DNA from: Alteromonas gilva | Lineage (GTDB): Bacteria; Pseudomonadota; Gammaproteobacteria; Enterobacterales; Alteromonadaceae | Assembly (NCBI RefSeq): GCF_028595265.1 | Contig: NZ_JAQQXP010000004.1 | Span: forward strand, 132,179 to 156,178 | Length of the DNA: 24,000 nucleotides | Reading direction: 5' to 3' | Translations under genes and position numbers: made by a program | Part shown: one piece after another, positions 7,101-13,610 of the stretch | Numbering within the stretch: the stretch's first letter is position 1 | How the letters are laid out: each line of letters begins with the position of its first letter | The notes under the pieces: model-generated | Told to the model about the DNA's origin: nothing | What the model saw: only the letters and a program-made list of their open reading frames with translations | Databases searched by the model: none

Positions 7101-8379
7101 CCCCGGAACCTTCACGCAACTCAACAGAACCTATAAGACCTCTGATATCTGGTGCAAATCGGTCAATTAATCGATCTGTATATTCAGCAGTCCGACTGTT
7201 GTTGAATTTGTCCGAGGCAATTACTTCCGCACGATAGATACCGTCCGGAACATCATTAATGCTGTACTTAATAACAACCTTATCATTGGCGATAACCGGT
7301 TCACCGATTGCCTTTACGCTGTACTCCGTTCCATAACGGAAATTCGGTACCGAGAAATCAATCACACGCCCGTTGAACTCAATTTCATCAGTAGGCATCT
7401 GGCCATCTTGGATGTGTAGCTTGATTGTATTGGCTACCGGAATCCACCAATCTCCATCTTTACCGGCATGGGGTGTTTGCATTACCAGCAAGGCTTCATT
7501 TTCGTTGAGGGTGAAGTCAGTGCCTTCGATATTTTGGGTGATCACCCCCATATCCCCGGTGCCATTCACAATGAAATTGGTCACCTCTGGTGAGCGGTAG
7601 TCATAGTTGATACCAACCTCAGCCAGCGCCTCATCAAAGTACCCTTTGATATCTGCAACGCCAACCTGCTTAACATCTCGACCAAACGTTTCCGGCTCTG
7701 CGTCACCAGGAATGTAGTCAGGAAGAAATACGCGACACTCTTCTTCATCGATATCAACCTCACATTGCTGTCCATCGATAGAAAGCACCTGTCTAAATGG
7801 ACGCGTTTCAGCCTTAATCGTCACAGCCCTCAAATTACGTGTTTTACTGTAATTCTCTTGCTCCAGGCCTTCCACTTCCTCATCACCCCAATCAGCAACA
7901 ATGTCTAAGATCTTAGGAATCTCAGGTGACTCAACATCCAATGAATATGTACCGGTTAGCAGCTCTGTTTTAACACCATCATCGACAATTGATACTCGAT
8001 AATCAAAATCAACCGTAGAGGCAGTTTCAAGCACGCCTTTTAATTCCAGCGCATCAACTACCAAACCGTGTGATGTACCCGTCCACTCGAAGAAACACAA
8101 CGGCTTCGCGCCTTTGATGTATGTGTTATCTGCAGCAAACTCATCAGTCACGAAGTCGCATTCAATACCGTCTTTTTCAACCGTAAGCTTGAAGTCTTTT
8201 ACATACGCAACCGGTTGGCCCATTGACTCAATCTGGACGGTCGGGTTCACTGCTTCTACTTGGCCAGTGAAGGTTATGCTTTTAGCGTTTGCGTTTGACG
8301 AGAGCATCAGCGCCAATGAAACCACTGATAGCTTCAGTGCAGCTTTCGCTGTTGATTTATGCTTCATTAAATCACCCAT
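4192..8379 (-). CDS. Large secreted/surface protein with repeated Ig-like/PKD-like beta-sandwich modules (putative adhesin)
   Basis: The ORF is 1395 aa. It has a signal peptide, MKHKSTAKAALKLSVVSLALMLSSNANA/KS. PKD/Big-type strands recur: VTVRVRDNRGNERDF, TVTIRAVDNGGEFVE, NVEVVASDSGGNEMV, YRAEVIASDKFNNS. An alternative start is the ATG at 8367, preceded by GGTGA. Confidence 0.85.
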   Translation of the reverse strand: MGDLMKHKSTAKAALKLSVVSLALMLSSNANAKSITFTGQVEAVNPTVQIESMGQPVAYVKDFKLTVEKDGIECDFVTDEFAADNTYIKGAKPLCFFEWTGTSHGLVVDALELKGVLETASTVDFDYRVSIVDDGVKTELLTGTYSLDVESPEIPKILDIVADWGDEEVEGLEQENYSKTRNLRAVTIKAETRPFRQVLSIDGQQCEVDIDEEECRVFLPDYIPGDAEPETFGRDVKQVGVADIKGYFDEALAEVGINYDYRSPEVTNFIVNGTGDMGVITQNIEGTDFTLNENEALLVMQTPHAGKDGDWWIPVANTIKLHIQDGQMPTDEIEFNGRVIDFSVPNFRYGTEYSVKAIGEPVIANDKVVIKYSINDVPDGIYRAEVIASDKFNNSRTAEYTDRLIDRFAPDIRGLIGSVELREGSGVDTYFLEDVAFFAHGGWADGSTITSVKINGEDADIDVVQDNIVLLKRDPEILPSQVLNVEVVASDSGGNEMVRNFKLEYMMSEFNFNNPPPQVYSEVTEMDVDFYQSEGDKCYFAATDEAAAALSLSIRKGCTVEFDNIPDGLEPTFQGRGYNLEGVINDIGTHEIGYTVYYHNNNGEKVAAYSDSMTIEALERPELDFVISDKGRISEGLYSMPHNSKRLTDYNLAAANSYIDLNISAQGMTETVNYRGSDRFSLKNYRGRIERVGETSAPVWSEVEYEVDVQYRRVPESKVAENFTAVITPDSRTKAYVISDVVGETTTEDTIEFTANVGFYDRRAKSYIYDTDSMGEWTAQLAYRNDEREYVRIGDAVQVNASGEAKFIMDGQTIFDSGSYIYVLMDAISGVPGFEQQIDSRAHRVETLKGTAIEGELSDVVITEEVPFGTTVRFQYASRNDRDASAGVVWEMSDDGVAWSETENVTNFFSVRMNEPGTKFYRVRTENRLTGVISYSATVEAVGYEVADIEVEGDTTLLEGQEGTFTAVVADDLVGASDGVFEWSVDEGATWTEGTDTFNHMANSDFYVNVRYRLDSTSETVGEQSYASDKMKTRVLAPEPLRVNIDTPRYAEAGFVAKISGSARASSSSLNLDIIEEIELPDGAVVNASEVEYLVKETDIVGGIATFKYSAWVNGLKAETFASETETVVTHRYEFPDGQFEVDTKIAVAPSQGSARINGIDTDVPGVEFTYEWLVDENAIEITRNSNDFIYFTVHEPGLHLVTVRVRDNRGNERDFSEFVDILDADPMEIELVESPSNEFNRAPLRVGMRAYADPGHPKDYADTYQWFLDGAELSSSTVSSTDIEFNEAGSFEVKLVVTSEYAQVGEYTTVINVLPNIPPICLPELEDSGDRYYVRSNCTDEDGEIVNYYYTWEGQVDFRAGKVIYFRKSDYPSLTVTIRAVDNGGEFVETDVSW

Positions 8380-8463
8380 TTTTACTTCGCAGAGTTCCTA
8401 AGATGTCTACATTTTAAAGCAGTGTGACCACATGCCGATTCTACAGAGAGGGGTAATGCTTAA

Positions 8464-8483
8464 TGTCTATGGGATAAATTGCG
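8464..8483 (-). promoter_or_regulatory. Conserved box TGTCTAYGGGATAA(n)TGCG, copy 1, upstream of the surface-protein gene
   Basis: Sequence is tgtctatgggataaattgcg, with 84 nt between the box and the 8379 start. It is near-identical to the box at 10109-10127. A short flank similarity (ttacc, ct.t.gaa) follows on the gene side. Confidence 0.4.
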
Positions 8484-8492
8484 AAACAGATA

Positions 8493-8518
8493 GAAAAAAG
8501 CCTGCATGATTGCAGGCT
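8493..8518 (-). terminator. Rho-independent terminator after the Cys-rich protein gene
   Basis: Stem is agcctgca (8499-8506) / tgcaggct (8511-8518) with a 4-nt loop. On the minus strand it is followed by TTTTTT. Confidence 0.7.
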
Positions 8519-8535
8519 AACAAGGTTGTTCAGAA

Positions 8536-10023
8536 CTACCCTATAAATGGCGTTTCTTCTTTTTTAACGCATTGGACCCCTTTCTCGTCCACTTCATACC
8601 CTGCTGGACACTCCAGTACTGGGTCTTCAGTCAAGGTTCTCTCGCAAGTTGAATAATCTGCTGAAGGTGAGAATGTTTCATCATCACAATGCTTGAATAG
8701 ATACTCTTCGGTCAGCTTGCAACTCTCTCCATCTTCTTCCATAAGGAATGGTTCATCACAATGTCGCCCGGCAGGCTCATTGATATCTGTCTCGCAATTT
8801 CCAGTGGATGGATTAAAATCCCCACCGTCCAAACAATAATTGCCATATGGCTCAAAATTATATGTCAGGCAGCTCGAACCCGAAACACTACCACCACTTG
8901 GACAATAATATTCTTTATCAGAATAAGATTGGTACTCACAAACATGTTCGGCGCTATTATACGTGCCCCTAGTGCAATAAGGTACCTTTTCAGATTTGGA
9001 TGACGTAACTAGGCAAAAGTCAGATTTTAGAAAGTCCCCACTATTACAATCCCCCTCGTAGTGCGTATATGGAGCGGAGGTTTCACCATCTTTGTAACAC
9101 TGTTCATGATAAGTGTCGTATGTATATCCATCCCTACAACTTGGTACATAATAGTCATAGCAAGAACCATCATTACCTTCTATTTTAGATTGACAGTTGG
9201 TTCTTAGATAATAGTAGCTGTCTCTAATCGTTCTTTCGCACTCGGAGCCATTCCAACTCCCCTTTTTACAACCATAGGTCGCACTGTAACTTGTTGCTGT
9301 ACCTCTGCATTGACCACTTACGTCATCCCACCCCTCGCCACACTTTGACACTGGATGAGACTCCTGTTGAACACACATAACCCCCTCAAGAGATGAACCA
9401 GGATAAGCGGAACAATTATAAGGCGCTGCCTGTACCGTGACACGTGTACAATTCTCACCATTCTTCTCGTACCCATCATCACAGTACAATGTAATAGGCG
9501 CAGTCGAGTAGTTAACACATCGAATGCCATCGCTGGTGTCACTCACATACTCTGGGGAGCAGTTGATAGCCAGTACATCGTAAGTGACTGTCAAGCAACC
9601 ATCTTCTAGCTCCTGCTGCCCCGGCAAGCAAACCATTGATTTCACATCTGGAATATTCAAGGCGTAATTAACCACACCTTCAATCCCGCCGTCTGCCGGA
9701 TAAATTGGCAAGATAAGCTTGTGGCCTGAAGTGGTCAGATTCTGTACGAAAGTAAATGTTTCGCCAGGCTCAACCCTCTGGCCATTTACCATGACTGCGT
9801 AACTGGAAGCTCCATCCAAAGTGAAGTTAATGGTATGCGGCCCACGAGCAACTTTACCTTCTTCATCAAAGATGTTTGCAGTCTCAATTACCGTTGCTGG
9901 CTGACCATCTTCATAAGTCATTTCTTGGGCAACCGGGAAGGTTTTTACCTTCTCCAATGTGACCGTTTCCGCCCACAATGACGAGCTGATTAAAGCTGTT
10001 AAAAGTAGAAATAAATTTCTCAT
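8536..10023 (-). CDS. Secreted Cys-rich protein: N-terminal beta-rich domain followed by about 15 tandem Cys-x(9-13)-Cys hairpin units
   Basis: The ORF is 495 aa with signal peptide MRNLFLLLTALISSSLWA/ETV. Repeat units include CDDGYEKNGENC, CGEGWDDVSGQC, CRDGYTYDTYHEQC, CPAGYEVDEKGVQC, CKKGSWNGSEC and CLDGGDFNPSTGNC. Confidence 0.85.
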   Translation of the reverse strand: MRNLFLLLTALISSSLWAETVTLEKVKTFPVAQEMTYEDGQPATVIETANIFDEEGKVARGPHTINFTLDGASSYAVMVNGQRVEPGETFTFVQNLTTSGHKLILPIYPADGGIEGVVNYALNIPDVKSMVCLPGQQELEDGCLTVTYDVLAINCSPEYVSDTSDGIRCVNYSTAPITLYCDDGYEKNGENCTRVTVQAAPYNCSAYPGSSLEGVMCVQQESHPVSKCGEGWDDVSGQCRGTATSYSATYGCKKGSWNGSECERTIRDSYYYLRTNCQSKIEGNDGSCYDYYVPSCRDGYTYDTYHEQCYKDGETSAPYTHYEGDCNSGDFLKSDFCLVTSSKSEKVPYCTRGTYNSAEHVCEYQSYSDKEYYCPSGGSVSGSSCLTYNFEPYGNYCLDGGDFNPSTGNCETDINEPAGRHCDEPFLMEEDGESCKLTEEYLFKHCDDETFSPSADYSTCERTLTEDPVLECPAGYEVDEKGVQCVKKEETPFIG

Positions 10024-10108
10024 AGAAATCCCGTTACTATCGCAATTTGGGAGGCATTGTAATGTCGCTTAGATGAAGTGGGCTTCCATAGACCTTGGTA
10101 AATCAAAG

Positions 10109-10127
10109 TGTCTACGGGATAAGTGCG
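10109..10127 (-). promoter_or_regulatory. Conserved box TGTCTAYGGGATAA(n)TGCG, copy 2, upstream of the Cys-rich protein gene
   Basis: Sequence is tgtctacgggataagtgcg, with 85 nt between the box and the 10023 start. It has the same orientation and spacing as copy 1. Confidence 0.4.
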
Positions 10128-10193
10128 CTTTCAACCGGTAGCGTGATATCGAATCGTGGTTATTGTTTACGTAAAGATTCAGAGGAAAATATT

Positions 10194-10862
10194 ATGCGAC
10201 CACACGCAAACATGGGTCATCGCACCACAGCAACCAACCAATATACAGGGCGCTCACAGGCTAATAACGCGCCTTACAGGGCGCGACAAGATCAACATCC
10301 AAGTCAACCATCAATTGGCGTCGATAACGCTACTACCAATCAAAATCAAGCGGCAGAAACCGGTGCGAAGAAGAAATTCAAGTCCATTAAATCGCATGGC
10401 AAACAATATGCAATCGAAGTCTCTGCAGATGTTACTCAGAAGAAATGGCACACCGTCAGGTTTGAAGCAGCTGCCAAGCTGAACAACGGCACCAAGGCAT
10501 ATGATTGGAAAAATAAAATCGGCGTCCAACTTACAAAGCAGGAGTTGCCTGTCGTAATCGGTACATTGCTTGGCTATTTGCCCGGCTGTGAATACTCCCA
10601 GCATGGCGATACCAACAAGGGTTTCTCGATTCAGAACCAACATAAGAACTTTTACTTCAAGGTGTTTGAGGCAAGCACCAATCGATTCATGAACTGCCCC
10701 GTTCCAATTGAAGAGGCACATTTAATGGGAATGCTTGTTTTGGCTGAACATACCAGAAATTTTGAGGGCGTGAGCTCCGATGCTGCGCTAACTGCTATTA
10801 AAAATATGTGTTTACAAATGTATAAACACTCCGCCTTCCCTGCGCCAAGAGCAAACAAATAA
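10194..10862 (+). CDS. Hypothetical protein with a low-complexity Q/N/T-rich N-terminus
   Basis: The ATG at 10194 is preceded by AGAGGA 7 nt upstream. The longer 10095 start has no RBS. The globular C-terminal part is protein-like (KQYAIEVSADVTQKKWHTVRFEAAAKL...). Confidence 0.7.
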   Translation: MRPHANMGHRTTATNQYTGRSQANNAPYRARQDQHPSQPSIGVDNATTNQNQAAETGAKKKFKSIKSHGKQYAIEVSADVTQKKWHTVRFEAAAKLNNGTKAYDWKNKIGVQLTKQELPVVIGTLLGYLPGCEYSQHGDTNKGFSIQNQHKNFYFKVFEASTNRFMNCPVPIEEAHLMGMLVLAEHTRNFEGVSSDAALTAIKNMCLQMYKHSAFPAPRANK

Positions 10863-10886
10863 CTGCTAGGGCTCTCTGTCCCTACC

Positions 10887-11285
10887 TTAATGTTCTGGCT
10901 TGACGATATGTGACAACTGCTCAATCCATTGAATCCTGATTGGCATTGCACTCGCCCAATTCTCCAACGTTTGATTGGGCGACTCATTTTGTATGCGAAT
11001 ACTGCGCACTATTGTTCTGACCAAGTTAAGGACGATCTTGGTCATCTTATATTCCTTTGACTCATCCCCGTAAAAGGCTTCAAAGTGCGCCTTTGCCGAC
11101 ATAAGCTCATCAGCCATGTCTTCTGCCAACCCTATATTAATTGACCCGTTTACCAGGTTCTTAGCAAAATCGAGCACGGTGGTTGACCGGTCGCCTCGCT
11201 TAACGTAATCAAGCGCCTTCATCATAAACTCCACAAAATTTGATGATGGCGATCTTACATATTCCGCCGACCATATGACGTTCAT
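10887..11285 (-). CDS. Hypothetical protein
   Basis: The ORF is 132 aa. No RBS precedes 11285. Internal ATG ATG at 11225/11222 is preceded by GGAG, so the true start may be there. Confidence 0.55.
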   Translation of the reverse strand: MNVIWSAEYVRSPSSNFVEFMMKALDYVKRGDRSTTVLDFAKNLVNGSINIGLAEDMADELMSAKAHFEAFYGDESKEYKMTKIVLNLVRTIVRSIRIQNESPNQTLENWASAMPIRIQWIEQLSHIVKPEH

Positions 11286-11372
11286 AGAGCATTAAAAATT
11301 CGTATGTCTGTGACATCCTATTATCTACTACCGCTTTATAATGTTCGCAAATTAAGCAACTGTGACAAAAAT

Positions 11373-11867
11373 ATGAGATTCTTTACTACTATTCTTGCCG
11401 CTTCGGCTCTAACTTTATCTGGCTGCAGCTGGTTTAGTGACGATATAAGGAATGGTCAGTCAAGTGAGCTGGGTGGATCTTGGTTTTACAATGAAGGCAC
11501 CTGCAGCAACTCTGTTGTCAGAGAGACACTATACGAAATCTCTTTTGGCAATGATTTGCCACCGGGTACTTTAAATTCTATTCACACGAATTCACCTCGA
11601 TTCACCACTTCGGCTCTCAACGAAGATGATCAGGTAGTGGTTGACGCTAAAACTCGCCTTGGCGAGTGCGAAGGATTCGATATACCAGCCGGGGAAGTGA
11701 TTTACATCACTTACGACAACGTGCGGAGCGTCCAGAAATTCTTGTTTTATAAAGATACAGGGAAACTGTATTCAATCACTAATAATCAAGTAATGCCCCT
11801 GATCAGGCTTACACATTTGAACATCCTGATTTCGCAAGAAGATCCCAGTATTAAAGAGACCCATTAG
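11373..11867 (+). CDS. Putative lipoprotein
   Basis: MRFFTTILAASALTLSGC has a lipobox L-S-G-C. A perfect TATAAT lies at 11337-11342 upstream. The 11304 start would add a non-signal extension and lies upstream of that -10 element. Confidence 0.7.
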   Translation: MRFFTTILAASALTLSGCSWFSDDIRNGQSSELGGSWFYNEGTCSNSVVRETLYEISFGNDLPPGTLNSIHTNSPRFTTSALNEDDQVVVDAKTRLGECEGFDIPAGEVIYITYDNVRSVQKFLFYKDTGKLYSITNNQVMPLIRLTHLNILISQEDPSIKETH

Positions 11868-11929
11868 CAGCACTTCAAATGGTTGCGCCACCTCGCCTTT
11901 GATAGAAAATGCATTTATCGATTAACTGG

Positions 11930-12224
11930 AGGAATTTGCATCGTCAACGACCCACGACTTTTTCGCTCAGCGAATAAAGTCGGGGCATGAAAGCCTGAGT
12001 TGACCAGACCCCGTCGGGCAACTGATGGAGCCGTTATCGGAGAATAGATAGGCACCGTGGGATGACTTGCCAGTTCCACGCTCTGCGGGAAGCGATTAAA
12101 CAGGCGTAATGGGTTAAGCCAGTGTCGTTTTCTTCAAACCTCCGACTAACTTGGTCGAGGCAAACATTACCCGTTTTATGCGGAGAGCGTCTGGTAACAG
12201 ACATTAATTTGGAGAATTGATATC
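11930..12224 (+). ncRNA. Candidate omega-RNA (guide plus scaffold) of the IscB nuclease; the 5' boundary is uncertain
   Basis: The interval 11868-12224 is a 357-bp non-coding leader immediately 5' of iscB, where IscB omega-RNAs are encoded. Several hairpins are visible: 11951-11985 (ccc-a-cgacttt/tcgc-tca-gcga/aaagtcg-ggg), 12055-12080 (cgtggga/ttccacg), 12139-12160 (cctccgac/gtcgagg) and 12167-12196 (ttacc/ggtaa). No credible ORF is present. Confidence 0.45.
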
Positions 12225-13610
12225 GTGAGAGTTTTGGTACTCGACAATCAGAAACAACCTTTAATGCCTTGTCGTCAAGCGCGAGCACGCCAACTCCTAC
12301 GTGATGGTAAAGCAGCGGTGTTTCGTCGTTATCCTTTCACCATCATCCTTAAGGAGAGACAGGGTGGTGATACTCAGCCAGTGTCATTAAGTGTCGATCC
12401 GGGAAGCAAAACTACCGGGATTGCACTGGTCGCGTTATTTCAACGTGGTCGTGTTGCCATTTACGGACAACACATTGTCCATCGTGGACAACAGATCAGG
12501 GATGCACTCGAAAGCCGTCGCGCTATCCGTCGTTCACGACGAAACCGAAAGACGCGCTATCGTCAGCCGCGCTTCTTAAACCGTACCCGCCCGAAGGGAT
12601 GGCTTCCGCCATCCTTAACATCACGGGTTCACAACTTGGAAACGTGGGCAAAACGCTTAATCGGTTCCGCTCCTGTGACTTCAGCCAATGTCGAAACCGT
12701 GCGCTTTGACATGCAGTTGATAGAGAATCCATCTATCGCCGGAAAAGAATACCAGCAAGGCTCACTGTTTGGTTGGGAGTTGCGCGAATACTTGCTGTAC
12801 CGGCACCAGCATATATGTGCGTATTGCCACGGACTGACAAGGGATGCCGTTCTTGAGAAAGAGCACATCATTCCCAAAGCACTGGGTGGCTCAAACCGAT
12901 TGGCTAACCATGTACTCAGTTGCCGGGAATGCAACGAGGACAAAGGTAAACTGCATCCGAACGCATGGGTTACACTGTGCGAACAACGTGCTGATAAGGT
13001 GAACCTTATGCGGTCAAAAAATATGACTCGCATTATGACTGGCTACCGTCCATCACTGAAAGATGCCGCTGCGGTCAATGCTACACGCTACGCCATCGGT
13101 AATCGAATCAAATCCATTATTTCAGACACCCACTTCTGGTCAGGCGGTCTGACTAAGAAGAATCGTTCTGAGCAGCGATACCTCAAAGACCATTGGATTG
13201 ATGCAGCGTGTGTCGGCCAAAACGGTGGCGCGGTATCGCTGGAATGCAATTATATCATTGTTGCTTCAGCCAAAGGGCATGGCTCACGACAGATGTGTCG
13301 TGTTGATAAGTACGGCTTTCCGCGTACTTCGGCCAAGTCACATTCAATCGTTCATGGATTTAGAACGGGGGATTTGGTGGTAGCCAATGTTCCTAATGGA
13401 AAAAAGCAAGGTCTGCATGTTGGTCGAGTCGCTGTTCGCAAGAACGGCTACTTCAACGTGCAAACCAAAAACGGTGCTGTGCAGGGGATATTTTACAAAA
13501 ACTGTCGGATAACTCAGCACAGCGATGGTTATAACTTTAACTATGGAGCGGCAATTCCTCCGACGACTCATTCAAAGATTCGAGTCGCGGTATCCTTGCC
13601 GAATTTTTGA
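12225..13610 (+). CDS. iscB: IscB-type OMEGA RNA-guided nuclease (PLMP, split RuvC, bridge helix, HNH, C-terminal TAM-interaction-like domain)
   Basis: GTG start preceded by GGAG. Motifs occur in IscB order: QPLMPC (aa 11-16); SVDPGSKTTG (D58); RRAIRRSRRNRKTRYRQPR (RRxRR); NVETVRFD (E157); CAYC...EKEHIIPKALGGSNRLANHVLSCRECNEDKG (HNH with 4 Cys); KDHWIDAACVG (H323/D326); tail GDLVVANVPNGKKQGLHVGRVAVRKNGYFNV. Confidence 0.9.
   Translation: MRVLVLDNQKQPLMPCRQARARQLLRDGKAAVFRRYPFTIILKERQGGDTQPVSLSVDPGSKTTGIALVALFQRGRVAIYGQHIVHRGQQIRDALESRRAIRRSRRNRKTRYRQPRFLNRTRPKGWLPPSLTSRVHNLETWAKRLIGSAPVTSANVETVRFDMQLIENPSIAGKEYQQGSLFGWELREYLLYRHQHICAYCHGLTRDAVLEKEHIIPKALGGSNRLANHVLSCRECNEDKGKLHPNAWVTLCEQRADKVNLMRSKNMTRIMTGYRPSLKDAAAVNATRYAIGNRIKSIISDTHFWSGGLTKKNRSEQRYLKDHWIDAACVGQNGGAVSLECNYIIVASAKGHGSRQMCRVDKYGFPRTSAKSHSIVHGFRTGDLVVANVPNGKKQGLHVGRVAVRKNGYFNVQTKNGAVQGIFYKNCRITQHSDGYNFNYGAAIPPTTHSKIRVAVSLPNF

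Noticed and set aside
4811-8401. Plus-strand ORFs inside the 1395-aa gene (4811-5233, 5624-5854, 6980-7237, 7373-7600, 8114-8401), and similar antisense ORFs inside the other long genes
   Set aside because: They are Ser/Thr/Pro-rich or low-complexity translations typical of the antisense frame of a long real gene. None has an RBS or recognisable motifs.
8536-10023. Calling the Cys-rich secreted protein TraN
   Set aside because: Cys-richness and the conjugative context fit. However, I cannot recognise TraN-specific motifs, and the regular 15-unit hairpin repeat architecture is not what I recall for TraN. It is left as an uncharacterised Cys-repeat protein.
10095-11372. Longer starts for the 10095..10862 and 11304..11867 ORFs
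   Set aside because: The ATG at 10194 has a good AGAGGA RBS. The ATG at 11373 begins a textbook lipoprotein signal peptide and lies downstream of a perfect TATAAT. The upstream extensions add implausible sequence.
11939-11948. 10-nt match (catcgtcaac) between the putative guide region and the complement of ssb at 14668-14677, as a possible self-target
   Set aside because: A single 10-mer match from a roughly 20-nt query against 48 kb of two-strand sequence is about what chance predicts. There is no extended complementarity.
11951-11985. The compound hairpin as the left-end palindrome of an active IS200/IS605 element carrying iscB
   Set aside because: No tnpA and no similar right-end hairpin were found downstream of iscB or of the RNase H gene. 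The iscB stop overlaps the next gene's start. A relic IS end cannot be excluded, so it is kept only as an alternative in the omega-RNA finding.
12034-12288. 84-aa antisense ORF spanning the iscB leader and start codon
   Set aside because: It has no RBS and an odd composition. It overlaps the iscB start on the opposite strand and lies in a hairpin-rich region better explained as structured RNA.
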